NCBI GenBank assembly: GCA_003152105.1
Contig: PLZJ01000002.1
Location: 469,682-533,681, forward strand
From: Candidatus Levyibacteriota bacterium
GTDB lineage: Bacteria > Patescibacteriota > Microgenomatia > Levybacterales > UBA12049
DNA: 64,000 nt
Direction: 5' to 3'
Below, one piece after another: positions 21,259-31,664 of the stretch. Below the pieces are notes generated by a model that was not told where the DNA came from, did not search any database, and saw only the letters and a program-made list of their open reading frames with translations. A program made the translations under genes and the position numbers. Every line of letters begins with the position of its first letter. Within the stretch, counting starts at the first letter, position 1.

Positions 21259-22692
21259 ATGCTGCCAACACGCGTTGCGTTTGTAGATATTGAAACAACA
21301 GGACTCCGATTTTTACGAGATCGTATTATTGAAATAGGGATAATACGAATGGAAGATGGGGTAGTGACAAAAACATACCAAACCTTAGTAAACCCAAACA
21401 CATATCTGCCTCCCGAAATATCACAACTTACTGGTATTGATAACGCGGTACTTGAAAACGCACCGTCTTTTTCTCATGTGGCAAAAGAAATTGCCGAAAT
21501 ACTATCAGACTGCGTGTTTGTAGCACACAATGCTCGTTTTGACTATTCATTTTTAAAACAAGCATTTTTTCAAGAAGAAATGACATTTTCGCCAAAGCAG
21601 CTTTGCACCGTTAAATTATTTAAATATTTTTACCCTCGTAAAAAAAGCCACAATTTAGATAGCGTCATGGAAACTTTTGCCATACCATGTAAGACGCGTC
21701 ACCGAGCATTTGATGACGCGTTAGTACTTGTCTCATTTTACGAAAAACTATTACAAACCGTGCCCCAGGAAGAACTTGAAAAAGCATATAATATCATTAC
21801 GAAAAAACCTTCCCTTCCTGTTGGATTATCGCAAGAAGATATCAAAGCATTGCCAAATAGTCCAGGGGTATATATTTTTTATGGCAGCGAAAATATCCCT
21901 TTGTACATTGGGAAAAGCGTTTCTATTCGAGACAGAGTCTTATCTCATTTTTCAAGTGACATTAAATCCCCATTTGAAATGAAAATTTCTCAACAAGTAA
22001 AGCGCATTGCGACGCTACAAACTAAAGGAGAACTTGGTGCACTCCTTAAAGAAGCAACGCTTATTAAGCAGTTGTCACCGCTTTATAACAAGAAACTTCG
22101 AAACGCAAAAAAACTTGTTGTTTTGTTAAAAACACAAAATGATAAAGGGTATGACATGGTAACACTTACACAGCTTGACCACATTTCAAAAGAAATACTT
22201 TCCTCAATTCTTGCACTCTTTTCTTCAAAGAAAAAAGCCACGGACTATTTACTGTTTGTTTCAAAAGAATATGACCTTTGCACAAAACTACTTGGGATTG
22301 AACACACAAAAGACGCGTGTTTTGCCTTTCGTTTGGGAAGATGCAAGGGAGCGTGTAAAGACAAAGAAAAAACAGTTGCATATAATTTCAGGTTTCAACA
22401 CGCATTTTTAAAAACAAAAATCCATCCGTGGCCATTTAACGGGCCTATTGCAATTTATGAAAAAAACACACTTGGAGCAGACGTATTTTATGTTGATAAC
22501 TGGTGTTTTCTTGGGAGTAACAGCGATCTGGATGAAACCATATCGCAGGAGTCATTGCAAAAGGGAAACTTTGAAGACAGTAGCTTTGATGTGGCAACAT
22601 ATAAGATACTTTCAAGTTATATTAAAAATCCTAAAAATCAACAACATATTATGCTCGTCTCACAACTTATCAAACAATCCCAAGCATTCTAA
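21259..22692 (+). CDS. DEDDh exonuclease (Pol III epsilon-like) fused to a GIY-YIG/Cho-like nuclease
   Basis: VDIETTG, VAHNARFD, HRAFDDA; PGVYIF...LYIGKS...RVLSHF; Cys cluster. Confidence 0.9.
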   Translation: MLPTRVAFVDIETTGLRFLRDRIIEIGIIRMEDGVVTKTYQTLVNPNTYLPPEISQLTGIDNAVLENAPSFSHVAKEIAEILSDCVFVAHNARFDYSFLKQAFFQEEMTFSPKQLCTVKLFKYFYPRKKSHNLDSVMETFAIPCKTRHRAFDDALVLVSFYEKLLQTVPQEELEKAYNIITKKPSLPVGLSQEDIKALPNSPGVYIFYGSENIPLYIGKSVSIRDRVLSHFSSDIKSPFEMKISQQVKRIATLQTKGELGALLKEATLIKQLSPLYNKKLRNAKKLVVLLKTQNDKGYDMVTLTQLDHISKEILSSILALFSSKKKATDYLLFVSKEYDLCTKLLGIEHTKDACFAFRLGRCKGACKDKEKTVAYNFRFQHAFLKTKIHPWPFNGPIAIYEKNTLGADVFYVDNWCFLGSNSDLDETISQESLQKGNFEDSSFDVATYKILSSYIKNPKNQQHIMLVSQLIKQSQAF

Positions 22693-22850
22693 GTTCCGCT
22701 CTATTCTTGCAAGTTTCTTACTATATTATTGCTCATCTCTTATCCCTTGCGGATATGCTGTATATATGAGAGTAGGTAAAAAGAAGTTCTCAGCTAATTC
22801 TTGGTTAAGAATGTTACTCTTTAAAACACAATGAAAGGAGGTGAAGGAGA

Positions 22851-23021
22851 ATGAAAAGTAGAAGAGGATTCGCAGGAATGTCGATTGATAAGCAAAGACA
22901 AATCGCAAGTAAAGGAGGAAGAGCTGCTCATCAAAAAGGCACTGCTCATGAATGGAATAGTGAACAAGCAAGACTTGCAGGTGCTAAAGGAGGCAGAGCA
23001 CGCGCAAGGAATGCTGCGTAA
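22851..23021 (+). CDS. KGG-repeat general stress protein (56 aa, absent from the ORF track)
   Basis: MKSRRGFAGMSIDKQRQIASKGGRAAHQKGTAHEWNSEQARLAGAKGG; strong SD AAGGAGGTGAAGGAGA. Confidence 0.9.
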   Translation: MKSRRGFAGMSIDKQRQIASKGGRAAHQKGTAHEWNSEQARLAGAKGGRARARNAA

Positions 23022-23256
23022 ATGTACTACTGGTGGGGTAGATTACACATACCAAACAAAACAAACGTACTCTGCCCCAACCAGATATAAAGGAGAAAAT
23101 TATGAATATATCAGATATTGTAACAGTCATTATAAAAACATACTCTCAAATGCTATTTATGTTATTTCACGCTCCGGTTGAATAACTCACCGCTTCGTAG
23201 GATAAAGAGTGGAAGCTCATTTTACAGGTCGGATACAATTTGCTAAAATTGCCCTT

Positions 23257-24417
23257 ATGAAAAGGAACATGTTGCAAGTACTCTATATTTCTGCAATGCA
23301 GTTTTTAGAGCCATTAGGACCAGTGCAAACCTATACGGTTATTATTCGCGAAGCAAAAAAACTCGTTGCGTTTGATGAGGGTGTTATTTATGTAGAGCAA
23401 AAAGGAAGGCTACAAAACGTCTATAGTTCTAACCCAAAAGATAAAAGTACGCCTCAAAAAAAGGGAGCGTATCTTGCCTTTGCCAAAAAGAAAGTAATAA
23501 CGCTTTCGAAACAGGAAGTAGCATCGCTTCACCCAGGACTTTATTCCCAAGGCATTATTTCCATGCTTTTTATTCCTCTTATGTATAAAAATAAAGCAAT
23601 TGGCGTACTGTCGCTTCGATCGTCAAGCCAACAAGAAATATATACAAAAGATGACATTGCCGTCCTGCATATTTTTAGTTCTCTTGTTAGTTTAGCAATC
23701 CGAAAAATGCAACTTAATTACGAATCAAAACGCGCGCTTTCAATGAGAGATCAATTTATCTCTCTTGCCGCACATGAACTCAGAACGCCACTTACCTCAA
23801 TTCATGGGTATTTACAGCTTCTTGAAAAGAAAATTCCACAAACTGACACAACAAAAACAAAATGGGTAAAAGAAATGGCAAAAGAAACAATGAAACTTCG
23901 CTCACTTGTAACTTCGCTTTTGGAAGTACATAGTATTGAACGAGGAAAACAGCTCTATAGTTTTAGCCACGTTAGTATTGCAGTCATTGTAAAAAAAGCA
24001 ATAGAATACACAACGCTTTTATATCCACAGCATCAGATTGTCTTTGAAAACACGCTCGGAGAAGACGTTTCAATTATTGCTGACGAGCAAAAACTAGAGC
24101 AAGCAGTAACGAGTATTTTAGATAACGCTGCAAAGTTTTCAAATACAGAGGATATCTTACGTATTTCACTTGCAAAGCCAAAGAATAAAAAAAAATACAT
24201 ACAACTTATTATTTCAGATCAAGGAAAAGGGATAAGAGAATTTGATTTACCAAATATTTTTGAAGGGTTTTACAAAGGAGACAATAATCAATCAGCAGGA
24301 ATGGGTCTTGGACTCTTGCTTGCAAAACACATCATTGAGAAACATCACGGAAGTATTTCTTTAACGTCAAAACAAGGAAGAGGAACAAGTGTCACCATTT
24401 TGTTACCTATTGCTTAA
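23257..24417 (+). CDS. GAF-domain sensor histidine kinase
   Basis: GAF, H-box AHELRTPLT, N-box ILDNAAKF, DQGKG, GMGLGL. Confidence 0.92.
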   Translation: MKRNMLQVLYISAMQFLEPLGPVQTYTVIIREAKKLVAFDEGVIYVEQKGRLQNVYSSNPKDKSTPQKKGAYLAFAKKKVITLSKQEVASLHPGLYSQGIISMLFIPLMYKNKAIGVLSLRSSSQQEIYTKDDIAVLHIFSSLVSLAIRKMQLNYESKRALSMRDQFISLAAHELRTPLTSIHGYLQLLEKKIPQTDTTKTKWVKEMAKETMKLRSLVTSLLEVHSIERGKQLYSFSHVSIAVIVKKAIEYTTLLYPQHQIVFENTLGEDVSIIADEQKLEQAVTSILDNAAKFSNTEDILRISLAKPKNKKKYIQLIISDQGKGIREFDLPNIFEGFYKGDNNQSAGMGLGLLLAKHIIEKHHGSISLTSKQGRGTSVTILLPIA

Positions 24418-24423
24418 CCGATT

Positions 24424-25095
24424 TTATTCTTTAATCATGTAGCCAAAACCGCGCACTGATTGGAGTAATTTCTTTGGTTGTTTCCCATCAATTTTCTTTC
24501 GTAAATATCCCATATAGACATCCACAACGCGAGAATCAATGTCTGAAGAATAGAGCCATACTCTGTTTAAAATCATTTCGCGGGACAATATTCTTCCTTT
24601 ATTTGAAAGAAGATAATGAAGCAGTTCAAATTCCTTTGGTGTTAACTGAATTTTGGTATTTGCTCTTTTCACCTCAAGTGTTTGTGTATTTAATTCCAAA
24701 TCTCCTGCAGAAAGCATTGTTTTGCTTTCTCCTCTTTCCCGAACTCTTGCCTTAATGCGTGCCAAAAACTCATCAGCAATAAATGGTTTTGTCATATAAT
24801 CATCTGCCCCAAGAGATAACCCTTGTACAATATCAGTAATACTGTCTTTTGCGGTTAAAATAAGGATAGGTAAGTCTGGATAATTTTTTCGAATTTCAAT
24901 TGTTACGGTTTCCCCGCTCATGACAGGCAGTCCTAAATCAAGTACTACTAAATCTGGCACGCTTTTTTTAATAAGTTCAAGCGCCCCGATCCCATCATCT
25001 GCAAGCTGCACATTAAACCCTTGATCAAGGAGCAGTTCTTTGATATAGGTTTGGAGTCCTTTATCGTCTTCAACAACTAAAACCTTTTTTAGCAT
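24424..25095 (-). CDS. OmpR/PhoB family response regulator
   Basis: VVEDD, LDLGLP, GADDYMTKPF, LTPKEFELL, SVRGFGY; leaderless start. Confidence 0.93.
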   Translation of the reverse strand: MLKKVLVVEDDKGLQTYIKELLLDQGFNVQLADDGIGALELIKKSVPDLVVLDLGLPVMSGETVTIEIRKNYPDLPILILTAKDSITDIVQGLSLGADDYMTKPFIADEFLARIKARVRERGESKTMLSAGDLELNTQTLEVKRANTKIQLTPKEFELLHYLLSNKGRILSREMILNRVWLYSSDIDSRVVDVYMGYLRKKIDGKQPKKLLQSVRGFGYMIKE

Positions 25096-25189
25096 CGTCC
25101 TATTATAACAACATAGTCTCATTCTTACAATCATTGAACACGCACGAATTTCAATAGCTTAAGCCATTTTAATTTGCTATAATCCCAAC

Positions 25190-25522
25190 ATGATTACCTA
25201 TCAAGATTTTGAAAAAGTCGATATACGCGTTGGAAAAATACTAACAGTAAGTGAATATGTGGAAGCAAGAAAACCTTCATATAGGCTAACCATAAATCTA
25301 GGAAAAGAAATAGGAATAAAAAAATCTATTGGGCAATTTAGCACAAATTATACCAAAGAGGAGTTAGAAGGAAAGCTTGTTGCCTGTGTGGTAAATTTTC
25401 CTCCTCGTCAAATAGGCACTTGCGTATCTGAAGTACTTACCCTAGGTTTTCCTGACGAAAATGGGAATGCAGCACTTGTATCCCCTTCAAAAGATATACC
25501 ACTTGGAGGAAAGCTATTTTAA
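25190..25522 (+). CDS. csaA: CsaA/tRNA-binding OB-fold protein
   Basis: DFEKVDIRVGKI, VVNFPPRQIG, SEVLTLG. Confidence 0.88.
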   Translation: MITYQDFEKVDIRVGKILTVSEYVEARKPSYRLTINLGKEIGIKKSIGQFSTNYTKEELEGKLVACVVNFPPRQIGTCVSEVLTLGFPDENGNAALVSPSKDIPLGGKLF

Positions 25523-25568
25523 ATAAAAAAAAGTTGACTTGTATAATCCGAACTCATAAAATACCACG

Positions 25569-26126
25569 GTGGGAAATCCAAAAGAGAGATTTTTAGAAGC
25601 ACGAAAGCGTTTAAACCCAGAGGGACTTGTGTTTAGTGCCTCTGCAAGCGCAACCTCACCCGCAATTTTACCTGCAGTTGGAGTCGGAACAACATATATT
25701 ATTCATGAACTTGCATCCATGACAAATCCCTCAGTTGTAAAAGTTGCATCCATTGCCATTCTTGGTGCATGTAATACCATTAGTATTAAAACTGAATCGA
25801 AAGCACTACAAAAAGACAACTATAGCGCAAGTCCCATATCCAGCACACTAAATGTGGTAACAGATAAACCTCTTGTTTCTTCCATTACCGGACATTTGAT
25901 AAATTTTATTCCTCTGTCTGTACTCAATCCCATAAACCTGTATGCAATTGCAACAAGAAACTATACACTACTTGCACAAAGTGAAGGTGCAGGTTCACTT
26001 GCGTTAACGACCTATTACACAACCTTAAATACGTTGATTTTAAAGGGAAAAACAGAACCTTTTATAAAAGGAGTTCGAAAAGTAAGAGATGTAATCAACC
26101 GTAAAATAACTGCTTTACAAAAATAA
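25569..26126 (+). CDS. hypothetical protein
   Basis: Long ORF with a leaderless-type -10 upstream; no recognised motif. Confidence 0.55.
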   Translation: MGNPKERFLEARKRLNPEGLVFSASASATSPAILPAVGVGTTYIIHELASMTNPSVVKVASIAILGACNTISIKTESKALQKDNYSASPISSTLNVVTDKPLVSSITGHLINFIPLSVLNPINLYAIATRNYTLLAQSEGAGSLALTTYYTTLNTLILKGKTEPFIKGVRKVRDVINRKITALQK

Positions 26127-26148
26127 CATAAATCTCTACTATTGAGGT

Positions 26149-26874
26149 ATGCAGCAAAATCCAAATCAAAAACCAACATGGGGAAGTGCAACATTTGGCT
26201 CATTTAATCAGCCTGATCAAATAGCCTTTATACACCGTGTGTACGCATGGATGTGTGGGGGACTAGTGATTACCGCATTTATTGCGTATTGGGTCGGTAA
26301 TTCCGCAACGCTTAAACATTTTATCCTTGGCAACATGTTCATTTTTTATGGGCTCATGATCGTTGAACTAATAGCGGTTATTTTTTTAGCAAGTATGGTG
26401 CATAAAATATCAGCAACGCTAGCTGCTGTTGTATTTCTTCTCTATGCAGCTTTAAATGGATTTACGTTGTCAATTATTTTTCTGCTCTATACCATTTCTT
26501 CCATTGGTTCAGTTTTTATTATTACTGCCGGGATTTTTGGCGGCATGAGCATCTATGGGTATGTTACCAAAAAAGATTTAACCACTATTGGTAATTTTGC
26601 AATCATGGGACTTTTGGGACTTATTTTGGCAATGATTGTGAATATATTTTTACAAAACAATATGGTCAGTTTTATCCTCTCATGCATTGGTGTTGTCATT
26701 TTTGTGCTCCTTACTGCTTATGACACACAAAAATTAAAATGGTTATACAGCATTGGCCGAACAGAAGGAAATGACGGAGAAAAGAAAGAAGCAATAAACG
26801 GCGCACTGACGCTGTATCTTGATTTTATAAACCTCTTTTTGGATCTTCTTCGAATTCTTGGAAAAAGAAAGTAA
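26149..26874 (+). CDS. Bax inhibitor-1/YccA family membrane protein
   Basis: VYAWM, YGYVTKKDL, AYDTQKLK, ALTLYLDFINLFL. Confidence 0.93.
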   Translation: MQQNPNQKPTWGSATFGSFNQPDQIAFIHRVYAWMCGGLVITAFIAYWVGNSATLKHFILGNMFIFYGLMIVELIAVIFLASMVHKISATLAAVVFLLYAALNGFTLSIIFLLYTISSIGSVFIITAGIFGGMSIYGYVTKKDLTTIGNFAIMGLLGLILAMIVNIFLQNNMVSFILSCIGVVIFVLLTAYDTQKLKWLYSIGRTEGNDGEKKEAINGALTLYLDFINLFLDLLRILGKRK

Positions 26875-26882
26875 AAGGAAGT

Positions 26883-27344
26883 TTACAGTGACATTTCCAG
26901 ACCTACATCAATTGGTGAAAAACCATGTTTTTCATAAAAGGAAATAGCTCCTTTATTGTTGAAATATGAATTCACATATATTTTTTCATACCCCTTTGCT
27001 TTTGCCCATGCTGTGCCTTTTTTCATAAGTAATGATCCAATACCTTTTGATTGATACGACGCTTCAACAAAAATATTTCCCACTTCACAATAGGAATATT
27101 TTTTCCAATCTTTTGGTTTTGGTGCAATAAGTATGTAACCTATTGCGCGACCACTGTCTTCTGCTAAGAAACAAATGGAATGGGGTTTGTTTAAAAAAGA
27201 AGAAAAGTATTTAATACCTGGCTTGCTTTCTGGCCAGTTCATTACCAAATCATGATCATATTGATAGTTATCTTTAAAAAGTAATGTGTCTAGGCTAATT
27301 ATTGTTTGTAGATCAGCCTTTGTTGCTTTTCTAATAGAAATCAT
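26883..27344 (-). CDS. GNAT acetyltransferase
   Basis: IRKAT..D, QSKGIGSLL, AISFYEKHGF. Confidence 0.88.
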   Translation of the reverse strand: MISIRKATKADLQTIISLDTLLFKDNYQYDHDLVMNWPESKPGIKYFSSFLNKPHSICFLAEDSGRAIGYILIAPKPKDWKKYSYCEVGNIFVEASYQSKGIGSLLMKKGTAWAKAKGYEKIYVNSYFNNKGAISFYEKHGFSPIDVGLEMSL

Positions 27345-27376
27345 ACGACTAGTATAACGCACATTCTACCATATGC

Positions 27377-27562
27377 TTATTTTGCAAACCACGCATATAA
27401 ATGTCCTAGTACTGAAACAATTAAAAATGTTAGTCCCCATCTTACTGGATGAGATCCTGCAAAAGGAGAAGCAATTAAAATACCAATACCTATGCCGCCA
27501 ATGGCATGAACCATTGCATTATACATAGAATGCTTTTTCATATAAGCTATTGCTTTTTTCAT
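27377..27562 (-). CDS. small membrane protein
   Basis: Two TMs; SD GGGAGGTG upstream. Confidence 0.65.
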   Translation of the reverse strand: MKKAIAYMKKHSMYNAMVHAIGGIGIGILIASPFAGSHPVRWGLTFLIVSVLGHLYAWFAK

Positions 27563-27638
27563 ACAACACCTCCCTTCTATCTCTAGCGTAATAAGAATGG
27601 TAGTGCTTGGTCAAGTAGTAGTTTTTACTTTGAAGATA

Positions 27639-28061
27639 TTATTTTCCAAATCCAACAAGAATTGCACCAGTTACCATAAGTGCAATGCCTAAAATAACAC
27701 TCAAATCTGCTTTTTCTTTTAAAATAAAGATAGAAAGAAGGAGAGTCAGTACAATACTTAATTTATCAATTGGTGCAACTTGAGAGGCGTTACCAAGTTG
27801 CAGCGCTCGAAAATAAAATAACCATGAAAGCCCAGTTGCAATGCCTGATAAGACAAGAAACAGAACGGTAAAAGAGGAGAGACTTCCAATTTGTTTTGTT
27901 GTTCCTTGAAAAAACACAATGCCCCAGGCAAAAAGCAAAATGACAACTGTTCTAATTGCTGTTGCTAAGTTTGAATCAATATTTTTAACGCCAATTTTTG
28001 CAAGTATTGCGGTTAGAGCTGCAAAAAAAGCTGATAACAGTGCATAGATTACCCAAGACAT
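27639..28061 (-). CDS. EamA/DMT family small transporter
   Basis: ALLSAFFAALTAILAKIG, LATAIRT, VAPIDKLS. Confidence 0.9.
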   Translation of the reverse strand: MSWVIYALLSAFFAALTAILAKIGVKNIDSNLATAIRTVVILLFAWGIVFFQGTTKQIGSLSSFTVLFLVLSGIATGLSWLFYFRALQLGNASQVAPIDKLSIVLTLLLSIFILKEKADLSVILGIALMVTGAILVGFGK

Positions 28062-28126
28062 ATGAATATAGTATACCATTCCCCACTTATTGCTATTTGC
28101 GACAAATTGGTATTTACTATAGTTAG

Positions 28127-28354
28127 ATGAAAGAGAAAGATAAGGAAAAAGAAACGTATAAATATAATTACAAAACAAAAATGAAACATGTAAATAGTGG
28201 TTCAAATGCCATTTATGGATGGGGGCTCGTTGCTGCATTGTTTTACTATTTGCAGCATGTCACAACCTATTGGGACGGCGTAATTGGTATTATAAAAGCA
28301 CTTTTGTGGCCAGCATTTCTCCTCTTTAAAGTATTTACCCTAATAAAAATGTAA
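28127..28354 (+). CDS. small membrane protein
   Basis: AIYGWGLVAALFYY...GIIKALLWPA; start may be 28181. Confidence 0.65.
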   Translation: MKEKDKEKETYKYNYKTKMKHVNSGSNAIYGWGLVAALFYYLQHVTTYWDGVIGIIKALLWPAFLLFKVFTLIKM

Positions 28355-28393
28355 TATTTCTCTTTACAACAGGTTGTATAATAGAAAGACGCA

Positions 28394-28987
28394 ATGAGTA
28401 TAGACCTGACGCTTCAATCCCTTGATCCAAAAACAACCGCCCTTGTCATTATTGATTTGCAGCGTGGGATTGTTGCAATGCAAACAGAACCGTATCCAGC
28501 CGATATTGTAATTTCCCAAACAAAAAATCTCAAAGACGCATTCCAAAAAGCAGACGCACAAGTAATGTTAGTTCGCGTAAAAGGATCGTTAGATGGTAAA
28601 GATATGCTTAGCCCCAATGCTGATGAACCAATGGTAAGATCTGGGGAAATGCCAAAAGACTGGGCAGAAATTATTCCAGAGTTAACACCAGCGGATAATG
28701 ATTTGATAATTACAAAACGACAATGGGGTGCATTTTACGGAACAGAGCTTGATTTGGAACTTAGAAGACGAAATATAAAAACAATTGTGCTTTGTGGAAT
28801 TGCAACTAATTATGGTGTTGAATCAACTGCTCGAGATGCGTATGAACGTGGATATGACCTCATTTTTGCAGAAGACGCAATGGCTGCTCGCTCAAAAGAA
28901 GATCATGCATTTGCCATAACTCGTATTTTTCCTTGCATTGGTAAAATTCGAAAGTCTACACAAATCATAAAAGCTCTTTTGAAATAA
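28394..28987 (+). CDS. isochorismatase/cysteine hydrolase family protein
   Basis: ALVIIDLQ, KRQWGAFYGT, GIATNYGVESTARDA. Confidence 0.9.
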   Translation: MSIDLTLQSLDPKTTALVIIDLQRGIVAMQTEPYPADIVISQTKNLKDAFQKADAQVMLVRVKGSLDGKDMLSPNADEPMVRSGEMPKDWAEIIPELTPADNDLIITKRQWGAFYGTELDLELRRRNIKTIVLCGIATNYGVESTARDAYERGYDLIFAEDAMAARSKEDHAFAITRIFPCIGKIRKSTQIIKALLK

Positions 28988-28996
28988 CAGGGTGTA

Positions 28997-29743
28997 TTAT
29001 TGATAAAACCCCAGGTTAATCTGTTCATTTGTCCAGGCAAGAAGAGATCTATTTTCAATAGCTCGACGCGCGTCAAATCCGTTGTCTCCGATCCATGTAG
29101 CTGCCTCTTCTATTAAATCTATGCCATCTTCTGGTGTCATTTCGTTTCCACGGTGATCTAAAACTGCTATTTCTCGCATTCTTTCCCTTTCATCTTGTTC
29201 GTTTCCTTTTGTATTATAAAACGCAAGTGAGTTGTGTTTTGGAAGGCCAAGGCGGAGTTGAAATGCATGTACTAGCTCTTCAACACACCCATTGCTATAT
29301 TCCCATTCATCAATCATATGAAGCACAGATGCTTTTTCTGCAATAATACCAAGCCATAAGGCTTGGAAATGTGGCTGTTCCCATGTTTGATCAATTGGAC
29401 CAAAATCTGAAGGGAAAATAATCGGACTATCACTCCTTTGTTCTACTTCTTTGAAGAACGTATAACTTTTTGTGTAATTTGTATTTATCACGCGTTCCAT
29501 TACTTGATGTGGAAATAAAGTGGGGTTGGTAAGAAACTGCTCATACTTGGTTTTTCCTGATGTGATTGGTGCACTCACATATGCCATACCTGTTGGATAA
29601 TGAATGCCTCTGACAACACGCATAATATTGTGTGCAGTAATTGCTTGCTCAGTTTGTTCAGGCCATACCTGTGTTTTATAACGATACCAAAGTGAATGTT
29701 CCTCAAGTGGGCCTGGAGTAGGTGCAAGCTGTTCTTTTCCCAT
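28997..29743 (-). CDS. DUF4406-like (Rossmann-type) hypothetical protein
   Basis: YVSAPITSG and WEYSNGCVEE motifs. Confidence 0.55.
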   Translation of the reverse strand: MGKEQLAPTPGPLEEHSLWYRYKTQVWPEQTEQAITAHNIMRVVRGIHYPTGMAYVSAPITSGKTKYEQFLTNPTLFPHQVMERVINTNYTKSYTFFKEVEQRSDSPIIFPSDFGPIDQTWEQPHFQALWLGIIAEKASVLHMIDEWEYSNGCVEELVHAFQLRLGLPKHNSLAFYNTKGNEQDERERMREIAVLDHRGNEMTPEDGIDLIEEAATWIGDNGFDARRAIENRSLLAWTNEQINLGFYQ

Positions 29744-29785
29744 GGAGGCTGATTATATCACCATACAGTCGTAATGCAAGAAATA

Positions 29786-30991
29786 CTACCAATCTTTTTT
29801 GTAATATATTTTTCCTTTTAAATTCTCGGGCAAATACGACTGTTTGCTTTTTACTCCTGTCTCTTTTTCCTCTTTCCAGGCATAGCGAATATGTCCTTTT
29901 CCATAGCCTTGTTGTTTCATAACCTTATTTGAGGCATTTCGAAGATGAAGTGGAATAGGACCAAGTACTGTGTTTTCAATATCAGAAAGTGCTTCAAATA
30001 TCCCAACTGTTGAGGCAATGGATTTTTTGGAAGTTGCAAGATACGTTGCTGTTTGAGAAAGAATAAGTTGTGCTTCTGGCATGCCAATCATATGACAAGC
30101 TTGCATGGCTGCTGTTGCAAGCACCATTGCCGTTGGCTGCGCGTTGCCAATATCTTCAGATGCAAAAATGACCATGCGTCTTGCAATAAACAGTGGGTCT
30201 TCTCCAGCTTTTAACATACGTGCTAAGTAATGGAGCGTTGCATCTGGGTCACTGCCGCGCATTGATTTAATAAAGGCGGAAATAGTGTCATAATGCCAGT
30301 CACCTTTTTTATCATAATAAATTGCTTTTTGTTGTACTGCTTGTTCAGAAACTAAAAGTGTAACTTTTTTTGCAATACTTGCCGAAAGTTCAATAGCATT
30401 GATTACCGTTCTCCCGTCTCCATTTGCAAAATGAATAATGTGTGCGAGTGCTTCTTTTTCAAACATGTGTTTTGGAAATGTTGCTACTGCTTTTTCCACG
30501 ACCTTTTGTAAATCATCAGTACTGAGTGGCTTTAAAACATACACCTGTGAACGAGAAATAAGAGGAGCGTTAACACGAAATCCCGGGTTTTCTGTTGTTG
30601 CACCAATTAAACTAATTGTCCCATCTTCAACAACAGGTAAAAACCCGTCTTGCTGCGCTTTGTTAAATCGATGAATCTCGTCAACAAACAGTATTGTTTT
30701 TTTGTTTTCCTCGCTCTTTATAAGACGAGCTTCTTTTATTACTTTTCGTACATCTTCAACGCCACTTGTCACTGCAGAGAAAAAAACAAAATGTGATTTT
30801 GTAGAATGAGCGATAACATGCGCGAGTGTTGTTTTTCCACTTCCTGGAGGACCCCACAAAATCATTGAAGGAATATTGCCACTTTCAATAATTTTTCTGA
30901 TTGGTCCGTTTTTGCCAACTAAATGTTCTTGCCCAATATATTCGTCTAAATTTTTTGGTCGAAGAAGTTCTGCGAGAGGTTGATCTGCCAT
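29786..30991 (-). CDS. rarA: replication-associated recombination protein A
   Basis: PLAELLRP, GPPGSGKT, DEIHRFNKAQQD, GATTENP, ISAFIKSMRGSD, ASEDIGNA. Confidence 0.96.
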   Translation of the reverse strand: MADQPLAELLRPKNLDEYIGQEHLVGKNGPIRKIIESGNIPSMILWGPPGSGKTTLAHVIAHSTKSHFVFFSAVTSGVEDVRKVIKEARLIKSEENKKTILFVDEIHRFNKAQQDGFLPVVEDGTISLIGATTENPGFRVNAPLISRSQVYVLKPLSTDDLQKVVEKAVATFPKHMFEKEALAHIIHFANGDGRTVINAIELSASIAKKVTLLVSEQAVQQKAIYYDKKGDWHYDTISAFIKSMRGSDPDATLHYLARMLKAGEDPLFIARRMVIFASEDIGNAQPTAMVLATAAMQACHMIGMPEAQLILSQTATYLATSKKSIASTVGIFEALSDIENTVLGPIPLHLRNASNKVMKQQGYGKGHIRYAWKEEKETGVKSKQSYLPENLKGKIYYKKDW

Positions 30992-31055
30992 GTGTCTATT
31001 CTACCACGCTACCGCAATCATAAAATGAAAGCAAAACTGGTGCTATAATCATTTA

Positions 31056-31604
31056 ATGCAACTTGTTGTCCCATCAATTACCTATCAGGAAAGTTTTCTC
31101 TCAGCAGTTGACGAATATCAAAAAGAACAAAAAAGCAGCATGCATATGAGAAATGAGCATTATAACTTACTGAATAAAGGCGAGCTAGTACATAATTTTC
31201 AAGCATATGTTGATCTTGTAAAATCTCGCTCAACTGGTCGAAATCTACCACCTGGATATGTTCCTGAATCAACTTTTTGGTATGTCGACAACAACACCTA
31301 TATTGGGAGAGTGTCGATTCGCCATACGTTAACAAAGCCTTTATTAGAAACTGGAGGTCATATTGGCTATGATATAAGACCAAGCCAAAGAGGCAAAGGA
31401 TATGGTAATAAGTTACTTTCTCTTGCTTTGGAAAAAGCAAAGGATCTTGGAATTACGAAAGTTCTGATTACGTGTAATGTAAATAATATACCTTCTAAAA
31501 AGGTAATAGAAGCAAACAAGGGAATATTTGAAAACCGTGTCAAAACACAAGAGGGAGAAAGTGACAAGCTTCGGTATTGGATTACGCTTGAAAATCAACC
31601 ATAA
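31056..31604 (+). CDS. GNAT acetyltransferase
   Basis: GGHIGYDIRPSQRGKGYG, SKKVIEANKG. Confidence 0.9.
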   Translation: MQLVVPSITYQESFLSAVDEYQKEQKSSMHMRNEHYNLLNKGELVHNFQAYVDLVKSRSTGRNLPPGYVPESTFWYVDNNTYIGRVSIRHTLTKPLLETGGHIGYDIRPSQRGKGYGNKLLSLALEKAKDLGITKVLITCNVNNIPSKKVIEANKGIFENRVKTQEGESDKLRYWITLENQP

Positions 31605-31664
31605 ATTATTACTTCTGTTTCCAAACTATTGACTTCATATCAATATTACCTCATCATTAAAAAG

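Noticed and set aside
22885..23181. 98-aa ORF from the track
   Set aside because: Out-of-frame shadow of the KGG protein, which has the SD and a recognisable motif
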